A stretch of DNA of 32,000 bases from Methanothermobacter thermautotrophicus str. Delta H (GCF_000008645.1 NC_000916.1:720001-752000), one strand, 5' to 3'. Positions 1 through 12,142 are shown, numbered from the stretch's first letter. Numbers and translations are program-made. The notes: generated by a model not told the origin, from the sequence alone.

Positions 1-24
1 CGGGTTCAAATCCCGGACGCCGCA
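1..24 (+). tRNA. 3' part of a tRNA cut by the window edge (T-arm and 3' acceptor strand); identity not determinable
   Basis: CGGG-TTCAAAT-CCCG T-arm followed by ACGCCGC + A discriminator, 2 nt before another tRNA; no encoded CCA. Confidence 0.8.
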
Positions 25-26
25 TA

Positions 27-100
27 GCGGTTGTAGTCTAGTCTGGTTAGGACTCGGGCCTTCCAAGCCCGCGACCCGGGTTCAAATCCCGGCAACCGCA
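27..100 (+). tRNA. tRNA-Gly (TCC)
   Basis: Acceptor GCGGTTG/CAACCGC, anticodon arm CGGGC-CTTCCAA-GCCCG (anticodon TCC), T-arm CCGGG-TTCAAAT-CCCGG, discriminator A. Confidence 0.95.
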
Positions 101-422
101 TATAAACTGCTTCTGTCAATCTTGTTCTAGATTCTCATGCACTGCTTCTATTCAAACTGCTTCTATAAGTCCTGTTCTAGATTTCCACGTACACTGATCC
201 TTTTTCTATTGATTCAATGCCCATCTAATTTCAGATTCGGGGATGGCATCCAGTTAAAGATTACAGGTCCCATTTATCAGACTTACATGCTTTTTGAGAG
301 TCTCTAACGCGGGTGCCATATATCATCTATATATATCAGAAGCCATGATAGTAGAGCAAGGAATAAATACTTTAATTTTAGAATAATAACAGGATCCAGA
401 CTAATATTATGGTGTGATACTC

Positions 423-1463
423 ATGGCTGGAATAGTCGGATATGGAGTTTACATTCCATCATACAGAATAAAGGTTGAAGAAATCGCGAGGGTCTGGGGA
501 GACGACCCCCAGGCCATATCAAGGGGGCTGGTTGTGGAGGAAAAATCGGTCCCTGGTCCTGATGAGGACACAGCAACAATCTCAGTTGAAGCTGCCCGTA
601 ATGCCCTCAGAAGGAGCCAGATAGATCCCTCAGAGATAGGAGCTGTCTATGTGGGATCAGAATCCCACCCCTACGCTGTTAAGCCAACAGCAACAATCGT
701 TGCAGAGGCTGTTGAGGCAACACCCGAGATGACAGCAGCTGACCTTGAGTTCGCATGTAAGGCAGGTACCGCAGGTATACAGGCCTGCATGGGACTTGTT
801 GACTCAGGCATAATCAAGTACGGCCTTGCAGTCGGTGCTGACACAGCCCAGGGAGCCCCCGGTGACGCCCTTGAGTACACTGCATCAGCAGGAGGGGCAG
901 CCTATGTTATAGGTGGAAAGAACTGCCTTGCAGATATAAAGGAAACCTACAGCTTCACAACAGACACCCCCGACTTCTACAGGAGGGAGGGAATGCCCTA
1001 CCCCCGGCACGGGGGAAGATTCACCGGTGAACCCGCCTACTTCAAGCATGTCCTGGGAGCCGCGAGGGGTATGATGGAGAAGACCGGTCTCAGCGCAGAT
1101 GACTTCGACTACGCGGTCTTCCACCAGCCAAACGGGAAGTTCTACCTGAAGGCCGCTCGCAAACTGGGATTTGAAAGCGAACAGGTTAAACCGGGACTTT
1201 TGACGCCTGTGATAGGGAACACCTACTCAGGTGCAACACCAGTAGGCCTTGCAGCAACCCTTGACGTTGCAGAACCAGGCGCAAGGATACTGGCAGTGTC
1301 CTATGGTTCAGGTGCCGGGAGCGACGCCTTCATAATAGAGGTGAATGATCTCATAGAGGAGAGGCGTGACCTTGCACCATCCGTGGCCGAGATCATCAAA
1401 AATAAGAGGTACGTCGACTATGCCTTATACGCCAAATTCAAGGGCAAACTCAGGATGGCTTAA
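423..1463 (+). CDS. Hydroxymethylglutaryl-CoA synthase, archaeal type
   Basis: [17 protein letters not shown]-terminus, [11 protein letters not shown] nucleophile-Cys region, [10 protein letters not shown]; ATG at 423 preceded by GGTGTGAT (track starts at an upstream in-frame GTG at 414). Confidence 0.93.
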   Translation: MAGIVGYGVYIPSYRIKVEEIARVWGDDPQAISRGLVVEEKSVPGPDEDTATISVEAARNALRRSQIDPSEIGAVYVGSESHPYAVKPTATIVAEAVEATPEMTAADLEFACKAGTAGIQACMGLVDSGIIKYGLAVGADTAQGAPGDALEYTASAGGAAYVIGGKNCLADIKETYSFTTDTPDFYRREGMPYPRHGGRFTGEPAYFKHVLGAARGMMEKTGLSADDFDYAVFHQPNGKFYLKAARKLGFESEQVKPGLLTPVIGNTYSGATPVGLAATLDVAEPGARILAVSYGSGAGSDAFIIEVNDLIEERRDLAPSVAEIIKNKRYVDYALYAKFKGKLRMA

Positions 1464-2627
<1,164 letters not shown>

Positions 2628-2950
2628 ATAATCCTTCAACCTTTTTTATTAATTTAAGAATGGCTCAGATCTGTTTGTTGATCTTTTCTTATTCCATGCG
2701 AGGGGAACCAAACTTTTTTTTGAACTGAGGAAGTCACCTAAGAAACCAGAGTTAGAAAGAGTACAGTTCTTAACTTACATTTTATTGCAGGATGAGTCCC
2801 GTCTCTGCCGGACAGAATAAATGATCCCAGATCTACAGAACGCTTTCTTAAAAGAAAGGATCTATGTCTACTTAAATCTCTCCATAATGAGAAAAAGAGT
2901 TATGTGGAAGTGAATTGGGGTGATTCCAATAGAAAAAGTTGGGGGATGCC

Positions 2951-4567
2951 TTACATTGGAGGCATTCCGCCCATGCCGCCCATTTCCTCCATTCCTTCCT
3001 CGCTGGAACCGGATGATGATGCGGCTATGACGTCGTCTATGCGCAGTATCATCTCAGCTGCTTCAGCTGCAGACTGGATGGCCTGTTTCTTGACCCTGTG
3101 GGGTTCAATTACTCCTGCTTCCTTCATGTCGACGATTTTACCATCGAAGACGTCGATTCCCATGTATGTTGATTCCTCATGGGCTGCCCTGAGGTCAACT
3201 AGGACGTCGATGCTGTCAAGACCTGCGTTCTCTGCAAGGGTCTTTGGCACGATTTCAAGGGCCTCTGCGAAGGCTGATACTGCCAGCTGCTCCCTGCCGC
3301 TTATTGAGTCAGCATAGTCCTTGAGCCTCTTTGCGATTTCTATTTCAGGTGCTCCGCCTCCTGCAACGACCTTACCATCCTCAACTGTTGCAGCGACTAC
3401 GCCTATTGCGTCTTCGATTGCCCTTTCAACTTCGCTTACAACGTGTTCGGTTGATCCCCTGACGAGTATTGTCACTGCCTTTGGTTCCTTGCACTCTTCA
3501 ACGAAGATCATTTCTTCGCCTGAGATCTTCTTCTCTGATACGACTCCTGCTTCACCCAGGTCCTCTGGGCTGAGGTCCTCGATGTTTGTGACTATGTTTG
3601 CTCCTGTGGCCTTGGAGAGTTTCTCCATGTCTGACTTCTTGACCCTTCTCACTGCAAGGACTCCTGCCTTGGCCAGGTAGTGCTGTGCGAGGTCATCGAT
3701 GCCCTTCTGACAGAAGAGGACGTTTGCGCCTGTATCAACTATTGAGTTGACCATGTCGCGGATCATCTGCTCTTCCTGTTCGATGAAGGCCTGCATCTGT
3801 GATGGGTCTGTTATCCTGATCTCTGCGTCAACCTCTGTCTCTTTAACTTCGATCGGGCAGTTGAGGAGTGCTATTTTGGCGTTTTCAACCTTCTTTGGCA
3901 TTCCTGGGTGGACCCTTTCCTTGTCGATTATAACACCCTGCACGAGTGTTGAGTCATCCACTGCTGCGCCTTCCTTCTTCTCTATCTTTATGTGGTCCTT
4001 CTCGACTTCGCCATCCTCTTCAACCTGCTTGACCGCATCCACTATGAGCTCTGCCAGTGGTTCCCTTGCCTTTTCTGTTCCTTTTCCTGTCATTGCGGTC
4101 ATTGCAACCTTCATGAGGGTGTCCCTGTCGCTGGCGTCGATTGCAATGTCGTCGAGTATTTCCTGGGCCTTTTCAGCGGCCTGCCTGTAACCCATTGCTA
4201 TTATTGTTGGGTGGATCTCCATTTCAAGGAGATTTTCAGCCTTTTTGAGTAGTTCCCCTGCTATTATGACTGCTGTGGTTGTACCGTCCCCTACCTCGTC
4301 TTCCTGGGTCTTTGCAACCTCGACGAGCATTTTTGCTGCTGGGTGCTCTATGTCCATTTCCTTGAGTATTGTGACACCGTCGTTGGTTACAACAATGTCT
4401 CCAAGGGAGTCAACAAGCATCTTGTCCATACCCTTAGGTCCAAGGGTTGTTCTCACGGTCTCTGCGAGTATTTTACCCGCAAGGATGTTCATCCTCTGTG
4501 CGTCTCTTCCAAGATACCTGCTTGTACCTTCGGGCAGTACAAGAATTGGCTGCTGTCCCTGTGCCAT
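2951..4567 (-). CDS. thsA: Thermosome subunit (group II chaperonin, HSP60 family)
   Basis: [60 protein letters not shown]-terminal GGMGGMPPM tail. Confidence 0.97.
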   Translation of the reverse strand: MAQGQQPILVLPEGTSRYLGRDAQRMNILAGKILAETVRTTLGPKGMDKMLVDSLGDIVVTNDGVTILKEMDIEHPAAKMLVEVAKTQEDEVGDGTTTAVIIAGELLKKAENLLEMEIHPTIIAMGYRQAAEKAQEILDDIAIDASDRDTLMKVAMTAMTGKGTEKAREPLAELIVDAVKQVEEDGEVEKDHIKIEKKEGAAVDDSTLVQGVIIDKERVHPGMPKKVENAKIALLNCPIEVKETEVDAEIRITDPSQMQAFIEQEEQMIRDMVNSIVDTGANVLFCQKGIDDLAQHYLAKAGVLAVRRVKKSDMEKLSKATGANIVTNIEDLSPEDLGEAGVVSEKKISGEEMIFVEECKEPKAVTILVRGSTEHVVSEVERAIEDAIGVVAATVEDGKVVAGGGAPEIEIAKRLKDYADSISGREQLAVSAFAEALEIVPKTLAENAGLDSIDVLVDLRAAHEESTYMGIDVFDGKIVDMKEAGVIEPHRVKKQAIQSAAEAAEMILRIDDVIAASSSGSSEEGMEEMGGMGGMPPM

Positions 4568-4697
4568 TCAATCACCTCAGTTTTAATTATAAATCAGTAT
4601 GCAGTTATCAATGGGTTAGAGGTTCTATAAATAGTTTTCGCTGCTTCTCCAGAAGAATATTTAACGAAGATGGAACTTAAAGTAATCTGTGATAAAA

Positions 4698-5906
4698 ATG
4701 AGGCAGCTCCAGAAAGCCTCAGTATACCTTACCATGACCCTGATTTTGATCGTGGCCATGGAAAGTTCCCATGCCCTTGAGAATGATTCAGAAACCCTGA
4801 ACAGCTCTGAAGTCCTGCAGGCAAGTGTCAGGGTAGCCAATTTCATGGAAAAGTATCAGAGGCTCCCTGAAAACATAAGTGCTGGAAACAGAAGTCTTGA
4901 TTGTGCATCCTACACATATGCCCTTAGCAGAGTACTGAGAGGCTCAAGGACCGTTGAATACAGAACTGTAAATTCACCCGCCCTCGATATTCGCCGCATA
5001 TCCCTGAAACTGAGCAGAACACAGTACACTGAGATAACAGTAAGGTTCAGGGACTTTACAGATAAATACAGTAGATGCCCGTCAACGGTGTCCTACAGTG
5101 GAGGTAAAATCGATTTCTACAATACAGTCTACCTCCTCTCAAAGATTGGGCGTTACAGGTACCAGAAGGGGAGGATGCCCACATACGTGTATATAAGGAC
5201 TCCGGTACCCCTCAATGCATACAGGATCAACTCCCAGACCGTTGACTCCAGGATAAGGAGCATAAACTCTGAAATCAGGAAGACGTCTTCCCTCATCAAG
5301 AGGATCAGGATCAGAATAAGAACCACAGGAAACACCAGGACCAGGATCATGCTTCAGAACAGACTCAGGACACTTGAGAACAGATACACCTATCTTAAGG
5401 GGCAACTCAGATACTATGAGGGCCTTAAGAACAGCCCCTGGTATGTCCCTCCATCCCTCAGAACGTATCTGAGTTCAACAGCCTACTGCAGCATCACGGA
5501 TCCCAATGTGGTATACCTTGCCCGTGAACTCTCAGGAAACACCAGCTACTCCACTGCACAGAACCTCTTCACCTGGGTACGTGACAACGTTGACTACTCC
5601 TTCTACTACAGGACACGTTACGGTGCCTCGGGTACACTCCGGTTAAGGAAGGGCAACTGCGTTGACCAGGCACACCTCATGGTAGCCCTTGCAAGGACCA
5701 GTGGTATACCTGCACGCTACGTCCGTGGTTACTGCAGATTCATAAGCGGGAACTGGTACTCCCATGTATGGGCCCAGGTATGGATAAGGGGTCGTGGATG
5801 GGTTACTGCAGACACAACCCACTCCCTCAACAGACTGGGACATGTAAGTAACTGGAACACAACTGTCTCAAGGGTCAGCGAGGTACTCCGTGAATACAGG
5901 CTTTAA
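4698..5906 (+). CDS. Secreted protein with pseudomurein-binding repeats and a C-terminal transglutaminase-like cysteine peptidase domain
   Basis: N-terminal signal-like hydrophobic segment; repeats VANFMEKYQRLPENISAGNRSLDCASYTYALSRVL and FRDFTDKYSRCPSTVSYSGGKIDFYNTVYLLSKI; Cys/His/Asp candidates in KGNCVDQAHLMVALARTSGIPARYVRGY, NWYSHVWAQVWI and GWVTADTTH. Confidence 0.88.
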   Translation: MRQLQKASVYLTMTLILIVAMESSHALENDSETLNSSEVLQASVRVANFMEKYQRLPENISAGNRSLDCASYTYALSRVLRGSRTVEYRTVNSPALDIRRISLKLSRTQYTEITVRFRDFTDKYSRCPSTVSYSGGKIDFYNTVYLLSKIGRYRYQKGRMPTYVYIRTPVPLNAYRINSQTVDSRIRSINSEIRKTSSLIKRIRIRIRTTGNTRTRIMLQNRLRTLENRYTYLKGQLRYYEGLKNSPWYVPPSLRTYLSSTAYCSITDPNVVYLARELSGNTSYSTAQNLFTWVRDNVDYSFYYRTRYGASGTLRLRKGNCVDQAHLMVALARTSGIPARYVRGYCRFISGNWYSHVWAQVWIRGRGWVTADTTHSLNRLGHVSNWNTTVSRVSEVLREYRL

Positions 5907-5968
5907 AGGATCCTTCGTCCCTGCAGTTAGAAAACAGTTAATATTTTCACAGATGAAACAATCACATT

Positions 5969-6583
5969 ATGAAAATAATCGACCTGACCCATAAAATAGA
6001 GGACTCCATGCCTGTTTTCCCTGGTGATCCACCCGTTAAACTGAGAATTGAAAGTTCAGATGCTGATTACATTACATCCTCACTGTCCCTGGGTATGCAC
6101 ACAGGGACCCATATAGACGCCCCCCTCCATGCACACTGCAGTGCCCTCACCGTTGATGGAATAGGACTGGAGGAACTCACAGGTGAGGGTTTCCTTGTAT
6201 CCGGGGGAGAGATTTTAAATGGGGGTGATATAGCCGTCATCAGAACTGGCTGGAGCTCAAGGTGGGGCTCAGAGGGGTACTTCAGGGACTACCCGGGTAT
6301 AAAGAGACGTCTTGCAGAGGAACTGGTGGAACATGAAGTTCTGGGGGTCTGCGTCGATGGCCCCAGTGTGGACAGGCCCGGAGAAACTGATATCCACAAA
6401 CTCCTCCTCAAAAATGGGATATGGATTGTGGAGAACATAACAAACACTGACCTGCTACCGCCTAAATTCAGATTATTCGTTGTTCCGCTCTCTGTGAGGG
6501 CTGAAGCATCCCCTGCAAGGGTATTTGCAGTTACAGGCTCTGGAAGTGGGTCAAGTAAAGATAGAAGCTCATTCCAGCGGTAA
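5969..6583 (+). CDS. Cyclase family protein (kynurenine formamidase-like metal hydrolase fold)
   Basis: IDLTHKIEDSMPVFPGDPP and metal-binding HTGTHIDAPLHA motif. Confidence 0.85.
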   Translation: MKIIDLTHKIEDSMPVFPGDPPVKLRIESSDADYITSSLSLGMHTGTHIDAPLHAHCSALTVDGIGLEELTGEGFLVSGGEILNGGDIAVIRTGWSSRWGSEGYFRDYPGIKRRLAEELVEHEVLGVCVDGPSVDRPGETDIHKLLLKNGIWIVENITNTDLLPPKFRLFVVPLSVRAEASPARVFAVTGSGSGSSKDRSSFQR

Positions 6584-6586
6584 AAC

Positions 6587-7123
6587 TCACCTCTTAACCT
6601 TCTCCCAGAGGGTTCTCCTGCCCTCACTCACCGACCTGAAGTAGCCCTTCCTCTCAAGGTTCCTGAGTATCTGGACCATGTTCTCAAGTTTCAGGTCCTT
6701 AAACCCTATCTCATTTATGAAGTCAAGCATCTCCTCTGTGGTGGCCCTCTCATCGGGCAGCAGACGGTAGATCTGTGACTGGAAGGATGTTAAATCCTTT
6801 TCAGGTTTCTGTGTAAGGGCCTGGAAGTATTCCCTGTACCTTTTGAGGTCAGTTATCCGGGATTCCTTATCTGCTATGATGCCCTTGAGTTCCTGTATCA
6901 CCCTGTCCTTTTCAGCCATGATTCTTTCAAGTTCATCTATACGCCTATCCCTGATTTTAAGTGCATCCTCAAGTTCCTTAACCCTCTCACAGTTATCTGA
7001 ATTCTCACGGCATTTCCGGAGATCCATCTTGAGCTTGCTTATCTCCAGCATGCACGCCTTTACAAGAAGCTTGAGCTGTTCCTTTTCTGAATCCCTCATG
7101 AACCTCATGGTATCCCTTTCCAT
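6587..7123 (-). CDS. Hypothetical protein: long coiled coil plus possible C-terminal winged-helix-like domain
   Basis: Heptad-like charged region KELEDALKIRDRRIDELERIMAEKDRVIQELKGIIADKE followed by TTEEMLDFINEIGFKDLKLENMVQILRNLERKGYFRSVSEGRRTLWEKVKR; real start may be an internal ATG at 7108 (MRFMRDSEKEQL). Confidence 0.6.
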   Translation of the reverse strand: MERDTMRFMRDSEKEQLKLLVKACMLEISKLKMDLRKCRENSDNCERVKELEDALKIRDRRIDELERIMAEKDRVIQELKGIIADKESRITDLKRYREYFQALTQKPEKDLTSFQSQIYRLLPDERATTEEMLDFINEIGFKDLKLENMVQILRNLERKGYFRSVSEGRRTLWEKVKR

Positions 7124-7337
7124 TTAATAGATATCACATTAAAACTTAAAAACCTTCCCAAATGAAGCCCGCGGATCACTGCAGCTGCATTAACAAGGAA
7201 AACCTCCCAAAGCATAGATGAGTCCCTGCCGATAAGCATCTGATTCCCATGACACCCGAGGGGCCCTGAAAAGGATGACGATTCCATCAGAACAGAACAC
7301 TGAAACAGAAGAAGTTTGTCTGGTTTTTAAAATGCGC

Positions 7338-7898
7338 CTAATTTTGCTGCAGCCTGTCAAAACGGCAGAGACCAAAACATTTAACCCTCTCATCTATCTT
7401 CAGGGCGGTGAATGCACATAAAACTCCGAGAACGGCCCCTGCGAGGACGTCACTTGGGTAATGGAGACCAAGGTAGATCCTTGAGATCCCCACAAGTGAT
7501 GCGAGGATGATGAAAAACCATGGTCTCCCTAACCTGAAGTAGAGGGAGATGAAGCCGGCAAATGCGGCCACAGCATGGCCCGATGGCATAGAATAGCCCC
7601 CGGCAACTGTGGCGTGCCTCACCCACCCAATCACCTCATAGGGTCGTGGTCTTGCGATAACCATCTTAAGGGCTTCGCTCAGGAAGAATCCCAGGACAAG
7701 TGCCGTGAGGGCCATGAATGCAGCCTCCCTCTCATCCTCACCACCAAGGAGGTAGAGGAGGAGGCAGAGTATCACCCAGAAGGCCTGGGTCCCGCCGAAG
7801 GTTAAAAGTGGCATTAAAAAGTCAAGAAATGGTGATGCCAGGACCGAATTAAAAAAATATAGGACAGATAGATCAGGGCCCAGAAGGGTGGGGTGCAT
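7338..7898 (-). CDS. PAP2-family membrane phosphatase
   Basis: Motifs KMVIARPRPY, GGYSMPSGHAVAAF, GISRIYLGLHYPSDVLAG with multiple hydrophobic segments. Confidence 0.88.
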   Translation of the reverse strand: MHPTLLGPDLSVLYFFNSVLASPFLDFLMPLLTFGGTQAFWVILCLLLYLLGGEDEREAAFMALTALVLGFFLSEALKMVIARPRPYEVIGWVRHATVAGGYSMPSGHAVAAFAGFISLYFRLGRPWFFIILASLVGISRIYLGLHYPSDVLAGAVLGVLCAFTALKIDERVKCFGLCRFDRLQQN

Positions 7899-7904
7899 GG
7901 TATC

Positions 7905-8948
7905 CTAGAGTATCTCATTTATGAGTTCTGCATTCAGAATCGATGCCCCCGCCGCACCCCTCACGGTGTTATGACCCACAAGGACGTACCTTAAACTGTT
8001 TTTGAATGCAGCGTCCTCTCTGAGCCTTCCGACGGTAACAGCCATTCCACCGTCCATGTCCCTGTCCATCCTTGGCTGGGGTCTGTTTTCCTCATCCCTC
8101 ACCACCACAGGTTTTTCAGGGGCGGAGTGGAGACCCAGCTTCTGTGGGAGTCCCCTGAATTTATCCATTGCCTCCCTGACATCATCAATATCAAATTCAT
8201 CATCCAGTTCAATGAAGACCGCCTCGGTATGACCGTCAACGACGGGTACGCGGTGACATGATGCACTCACGCCAAAGCTGGCTGGTTTCACAACGCCTTC
8301 ATCGAGTTCTCCCAGCAGGTGGAGGGTCTCTGTTTCAATCTTTTCCTCCTCACCGCCGATGAAGGGCACCAGGTTATCAAGTATGGCCATTGAGGGGACT
8401 CCATTGTAACCGGCACCGGAAACCGCCTGCATGGTTGATACATAGACCCTTTTTATTGTGTAGGCGTCGTAGATGGGCTTGAGTGTGAGGGTCAGGGCTA
8501 TTGTTGAGCAGTTGGGGTTGGTGACAATGAACCCGTCCCACCCCCTCCTCCTCTGCTGCACCTCTATGAGGTCAAGGAACTCAGGGTTGACCTCAGGTAT
8601 CACGAGGGGGACATCCGGTTCCATCCTCATTGCACTGGCATTTGATGCCACTATGTATTTCTCTGCAAATTTTGGTTCAACCTTCCTCGCCACGTCTGCA
8701 GGGAGGGCTGAGAAGAGTATATCAACGTCCCCAACAGCTGAGGGATCCGTTTCAACGACCTCCATGTCCCTCACAGATTCTGGCATCTCACAGTCAAGGT
8801 ACCAGTTTGCCACCTCCCCGTAGGGTTTCCCGGCGGATCGTGAAGAAGCCGCCAGGGTTGTAAGCTCAAATTCAGGATGTTTATCAAGCATCTGAATGAA
8901 CCGCTGTCCAACCATTCCTGTTGCTCCCAGAACACCCACATTAACCAT
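7905..8948 (-). CDS. asd: Aspartate-semialdehyde dehydrogenase
   Basis: [40 protein letters not shown] active-site Cys region, [19 protein letters not shown]. Confidence 0.96.
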   Translation of the reverse strand: MVNVGVLGATGMVGQRFIQMLDKHPEFELTTLAASSRSAGKPYGEVANWYLDCEMPESVRDMEVVETDPSAVGDVDILFSALPADVARKVEPKFAEKYIVASNASAMRMEPDVPLVIPEVNPEFLDLIEVQQRRRGWDGFIVTNPNCSTIALTLTLKPIYDAYTIKRVYVSTMQAVSGAGYNGVPSMAILDNLVPFIGGEEEKIETETLHLLGELDEGVVKPASFGVSASCHRVPVVDGHTEAVFIELDDEFDIDDVREAMDKFRGLPQKLGLHSAPEKPVVVRDEENRPQPRMDRDMDGGMAVTVGRLREDAAFKNSLRYVLVGHNTVRGAAGASILNAELINEIL

Positions 8949-8960
8949 AATATCACCTTA

Positions 8961-9782
8961 TCAGTTTATTCCCAGAACATCCCCCATATCCATTATCCTT
9001 CCGGGTTCTGCATCCTCAATGAATCTTATAGCCCTTATGACTCCACCTATGAAGGCATCCCTGCTGTGAGCCCTGTGAACTATCTCAAGGCGCTCACCGT
9101 CACCTGCAAATAGGACAATGTGGTCCCCGACGATGTCACCACCCCTAACTGCATGGACACCTATCTCATCCCTGCTCCTCTCGCCTGTGAGTCCGGATCG
9201 GCCATGGACTGCGACCTCACTGGCCCTTCTGCCTGTGGCCTCTGAGATGACCTCCAGTGCACGTACAGCTGTACCTGATGGTGCGTCCTTCTTGTGTCTG
9301 TGGTGTGCCTCAATGATCTCAACGTCATAGTCAGAGAGGATCGGTGCAAGATCCCTGAGGACCTTGAAGAACACGTTGACCCCCACTGCCATGTTCGGTG
9401 CGATTACGGCCCTCACACCTGACCTTTCTATGCAGTCCCTTACTGTCTGCATCTCCTCCTCTGAAAAACCTGTTGTGCCAACCACAAGGTTAACACCGGC
9501 CTCGGTTGAAGTCTTTATTGTTTCGACTGCTGCAGATGCGACTGTGAAGTCAACAAGGACGTCGGGTTCTGTCTCTGCAAGGGTATCTGCAAGATTTGAT
9601 GCATCAGTTACCTCAACTCCAACACTGCCTCTTCCTGTGAACTCTCCTATGTCCCTGCCCCTGAGGGGTGTGCCGGGAGCCTCAATTGCTGCCACCAGTT
9701 CCATGTCCTCCTCTTCAAGGACCCTCCTTATTATCCCTGATCCCATGCGCCCGCATGCGCCTGTAACTGCAACCCTTATCAA
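8961..9782 (-). CDS. dapB: 4-hydroxy-tetrahydrodipicolinate reductase
   Basis: IRVAVTGACGRMGSGIIRRV, EIIEAHHRHKKDAPSGTA, HGRSGLTGERSRDEIGVHAVRGGDIVGDH; probable TTG start with a strong GGGGGTG SD 5' of it. Confidence 0.95.
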   Translation of the reverse strand: MIRVAVTGACGRMGSGIIRRVLEEEDMELVAAIEAPGTPLRGRDIGEFTGRGSVGVEVTDASNLADTLAETEPDVLVDFTVASAAVETIKTSTEAGVNLVVGTTGFSEEEMQTVRDCIERSGVRAVIAPNMAVGVNVFFKVLRDLAPILSDYDVEIIEAHHRHKKDAPSGTAVRALEVISEATGRRASEVAVHGRSGLTGERSRDEIGVHAVRGGDIVGDHIVLFAGDGERLEIVHRAHSRDAFIGGVIRAIRFIEDAEPGRIMDMGDVLGIN

Positions 9783-9794
9783 GCATCACACCCC

Positions 9795-10686
9795 CTAGAT
9801 CAGTGCCAGTTCCTCCAGGACCATCATGAGCCTCTCACGGTTTGCATCCTGCAGGGGTGCCAGGGGCATCCTCACATGACCCGCGGGCCTTGCCCATCAT
9901 GTTAAGGGCCTCCTTGACAGGTACGGGGTTGCTCTCAATGAAAAGGACCTTCATGAGACTGTAGAGTTCATAGTGTGTTTTCATTGCAGACTCGAAGTCC
10001 CCTGAGAGGGCCTCGTTAACAAGTCGGCTCATACGAGCCGGGTCGACATTTGCAACCACCGATATCACACCCTCGGCACCCATGGAGATCATGGGGAGAG
10101 TCAGGTTATCGTTACCTGAGAGGACTGTGAAGTCATCAAGGCCCAGGTCCATGAGCCTTGACCTGAGCATGGATACCTTGTCCAGGTCGGGGCTGGCCTC
10201 CTTTATCCCAATTATCCCGTCGAGCTTTGCTAGTTCGGCGACCGTGTCAACGTCTATATCTGTGCCTGTCCTTGAGGGGACATTGTATATTATGAGTGGT
10301 ATGTCAGCGGCTTCCTCCAGCATGGTGTAGTGTTCAATGAGTCCATGGGGCTGGGGCTTGTTGTAGTAGGGGGTTATGACGAGGGCCGCGTCTGCACCGG
10401 CGTCCTCTGCGTACTCCACAAGTCCCATGGCCTCCCTGGATGAATTGCTACCTGCCCCTGCAACTGTCCTGACGCGACCGTTGACCTCATCCACCAGTAT
10501 ATCGATCATTCTCCTCTGCTCTTCGTGGGTTATTGTCGCTGATTCACCGGTTGTTCCGGCAACCAGCAGGCCATCAACCCCGTTCTCTATAAGGTAGTTT
10601 ATGTTCTCCCGCAGCCCGGCCTCATCCACCACATCGTCCTCTGTGAATGGAGTAACCATGGCCACAACTGTGCCTTCAATCTTCAT
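9795..10686 (-). CDS. dapA: 4-hydroxy-tetrahydrodipicolinate synthase; reading frame interrupted near the C-terminus by an apparent single-base frameshift (literal ORF is 9835-10686)
   Basis: [69 protein letters not shown]; the adjacent frame after GKARG reads [25 protein letters not shown], the usual family C-terminus. Confidence 0.93.
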
Positions 10687-11903
10687 TCAAGAACACCCCT
10701 TACAAGTTCATATGCCTTTTTACCATCATTCCAGTCAACAAAAATAACCACAGATGTCTGTGAGGATGAAATTTCAACTATGTTAAGGTCATTATCCCTC
10801 AGGGGCTTGGTGATTTCAGATATTATGCCGGGTGTATCTATGAAATCCGGGCTGGATATTGTTATCATTGCGATGTCCCTCCCAAGGGAGAGTGAACTGA
10901 GGTCATCGTCTGCAATGACCACATCGTGGAGGAGCCTGTGGGCCTCATCGGCGTCCTTCTTATCCACGAAGATTGTGACCGAGTTCTGGCCGGTTGAAAT
11001 TCCTATGATATTTATGGAGTTCTCTGCAAGCCTTGATGTTAACCGGGCCAGTATACCTGGCTTGTTCAGTATCTTTTCACCCACAACAGCAACCACGGAT
11101 ATTGGATCCGGGTTGAGGGTTGTTGTCTTAACCATCTTATTCTTTGATGGTCCGATTATCTCGGTTCCTGGTGCAGATAGGTCCCCGTGCTCAAATCCTA
11201 TTATCTTTGCCTTTATATCAGGGTCCTTGTATTTTAGGGCGTGGGGGTGGAGTACCTGGGCCCCATGGGTTGCAAGGTCCCTCATCTCCTCAACGGATAT
11301 TTTATCAAGTTTCTTGGCACCCTGAAGTTTGTTGGGGTCCGTGGACATGACACCTCCAACGTCTGTTACGATTATAACCTCATCTGCCTTCAGGCAGTGA
11401 CCAAGGAGGAATGCTGTTATGTCACTTCCACCCCTCCCCAGGGTGGTTATGTAGCCGTTGGGGTCCCTTCCAAGGAAGCCGCAAACCACAGGTATTATTC
11501 CCTGATCAAGGAGTTTAAGCAGTTCCCTTGATTTCTCCTCAGTTGCCTCAAAATCCACCTTAGCATTTAAAAGGTTGCTGTCGGTTATTATTGGCCATTC
11601 ATCCATGAATGGGTCTATATATTCTGATTTAACTCCGAGTGCCTCTATCGCGGATGAGAATATCCTGACACTGGTCATTTCACCCATGGATACTATTTCA
11701 GCCAGCTGCTTCTCTGTGACAGCGTCTTCCATTGCCTCGTCCACTATCTGGAGGAGTTCATCGGTTGTCTTATTTATGGCAGATACAACGACAACGACCT
11801 TCCTGCCCTTCATGTACTCCTTCACAACTGAACGGGCCGCCTTCTTAATTCGCCTACCATTTCCTATTGATGTACCGCCAAATTTAGCAACTATTAACTC
11901 CAT
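10683..11903 (-). CDS. Aspartate kinase with C-terminal ACT domains
   Basis: [78 protein letters not shown] and [29 protein letters not shown]; 4 bp overlap with dapA. Confidence 0.96.
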   Translation of the reverse strand: MELIVAKFGGTSIGNGRRIKKAARSVVKEYMKGRKVVVVVSAINKTTDELLQIVDEAMEDAVTEKQLAEIVSMGEMTSVRIFSSAIEALGVKSEYIDPFMDEWPIITDSNLLNAKVDFEATEEKSRELLKLLDQGIIPVVCGFLGRDPNGYITTLGRGGSDITAFLLGHCLKADEVIIVTDVGGVMSTDPNKLQGAKKLDKISVEEMRDLATHGAQVLHPHALKYKDPDIKAKIIGFEHGDLSAPGTEIIGPSKNKMVKTTTLNPDPISVVAVVGEKILNKPGILARLTSRLAENSINIIGISTGQNSVTIFVDKKDADEAHRLLHDVVIADDDLSSLSLGRDIAMITISSPDFIDTPGIISEITKPLRDNDLNIVEISSSQTSVVIFVDWNDGKKAYELVRGVLE

Positions 11904-11952
11904 TAACCTTCACAACCTTTTAAATGTTGGAAAAAATGAAAAAAATTCTGTC

Positions 11953-12141
11953 TTATTTCTGCTGGCTGATGATCCTTGTAATGTAACCTGCTATCTTGTT
12001 TCTTAGGTGTTTGGTGCTTACTGTTGAGAACTCCTCCACAAGTTTCTTGTTAGTGTCAAAGTCGTCTGTAAATTTCCCTGGATGAGTTTCTATCATCTCT
12101 TTAGCTATTCTTTTTACAAAGGATGTCCTTATGTTTCCCAT
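11953..12141 (-). CDS. rps17e: Ribosomal protein S17e (eS17)
   Basis: 62 aa, [55 protein letters not shown]. Confidence 0.97.
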
Positions 12142-12142
12142 T

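Noticed and set aside
2628-2950. Roughly 320-bp intergenic region between convergent thiolase and thermosome genes as a possible RNA gene
   Set aside because: Contains T-runs consistent with termination (about 2641-2647 and 2713-2720) but no structure or family signature I can support.
3747-4190. Plus-strand ORFs (3747-4190, 3992-4252, 4245-4586 and others) across the thermosome gene
   Set aside because: All antisense to thsA, low-complexity Ser/Ile-rich or Cys-rich shadow translations without RBS or domains.
7205-7265. Loose C/D-box-like series (AGATGAG ... CTGA ... ATGA ... CTGA) suggesting a C/D sRNA
   Set aside because: The C and C' boxes deviate from RTGATGA and the first guide spacing is too long; not enough to call without covariation or RNA data.
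7190-7393. Small minus-strand ORFs (7105-7287, 7190-7393) between the coiled-coil and PAP2 genes
   Set aside because: No recognisable motif, mutually overlapping, and one runs into the PAP2 gene; treated as intergenic.
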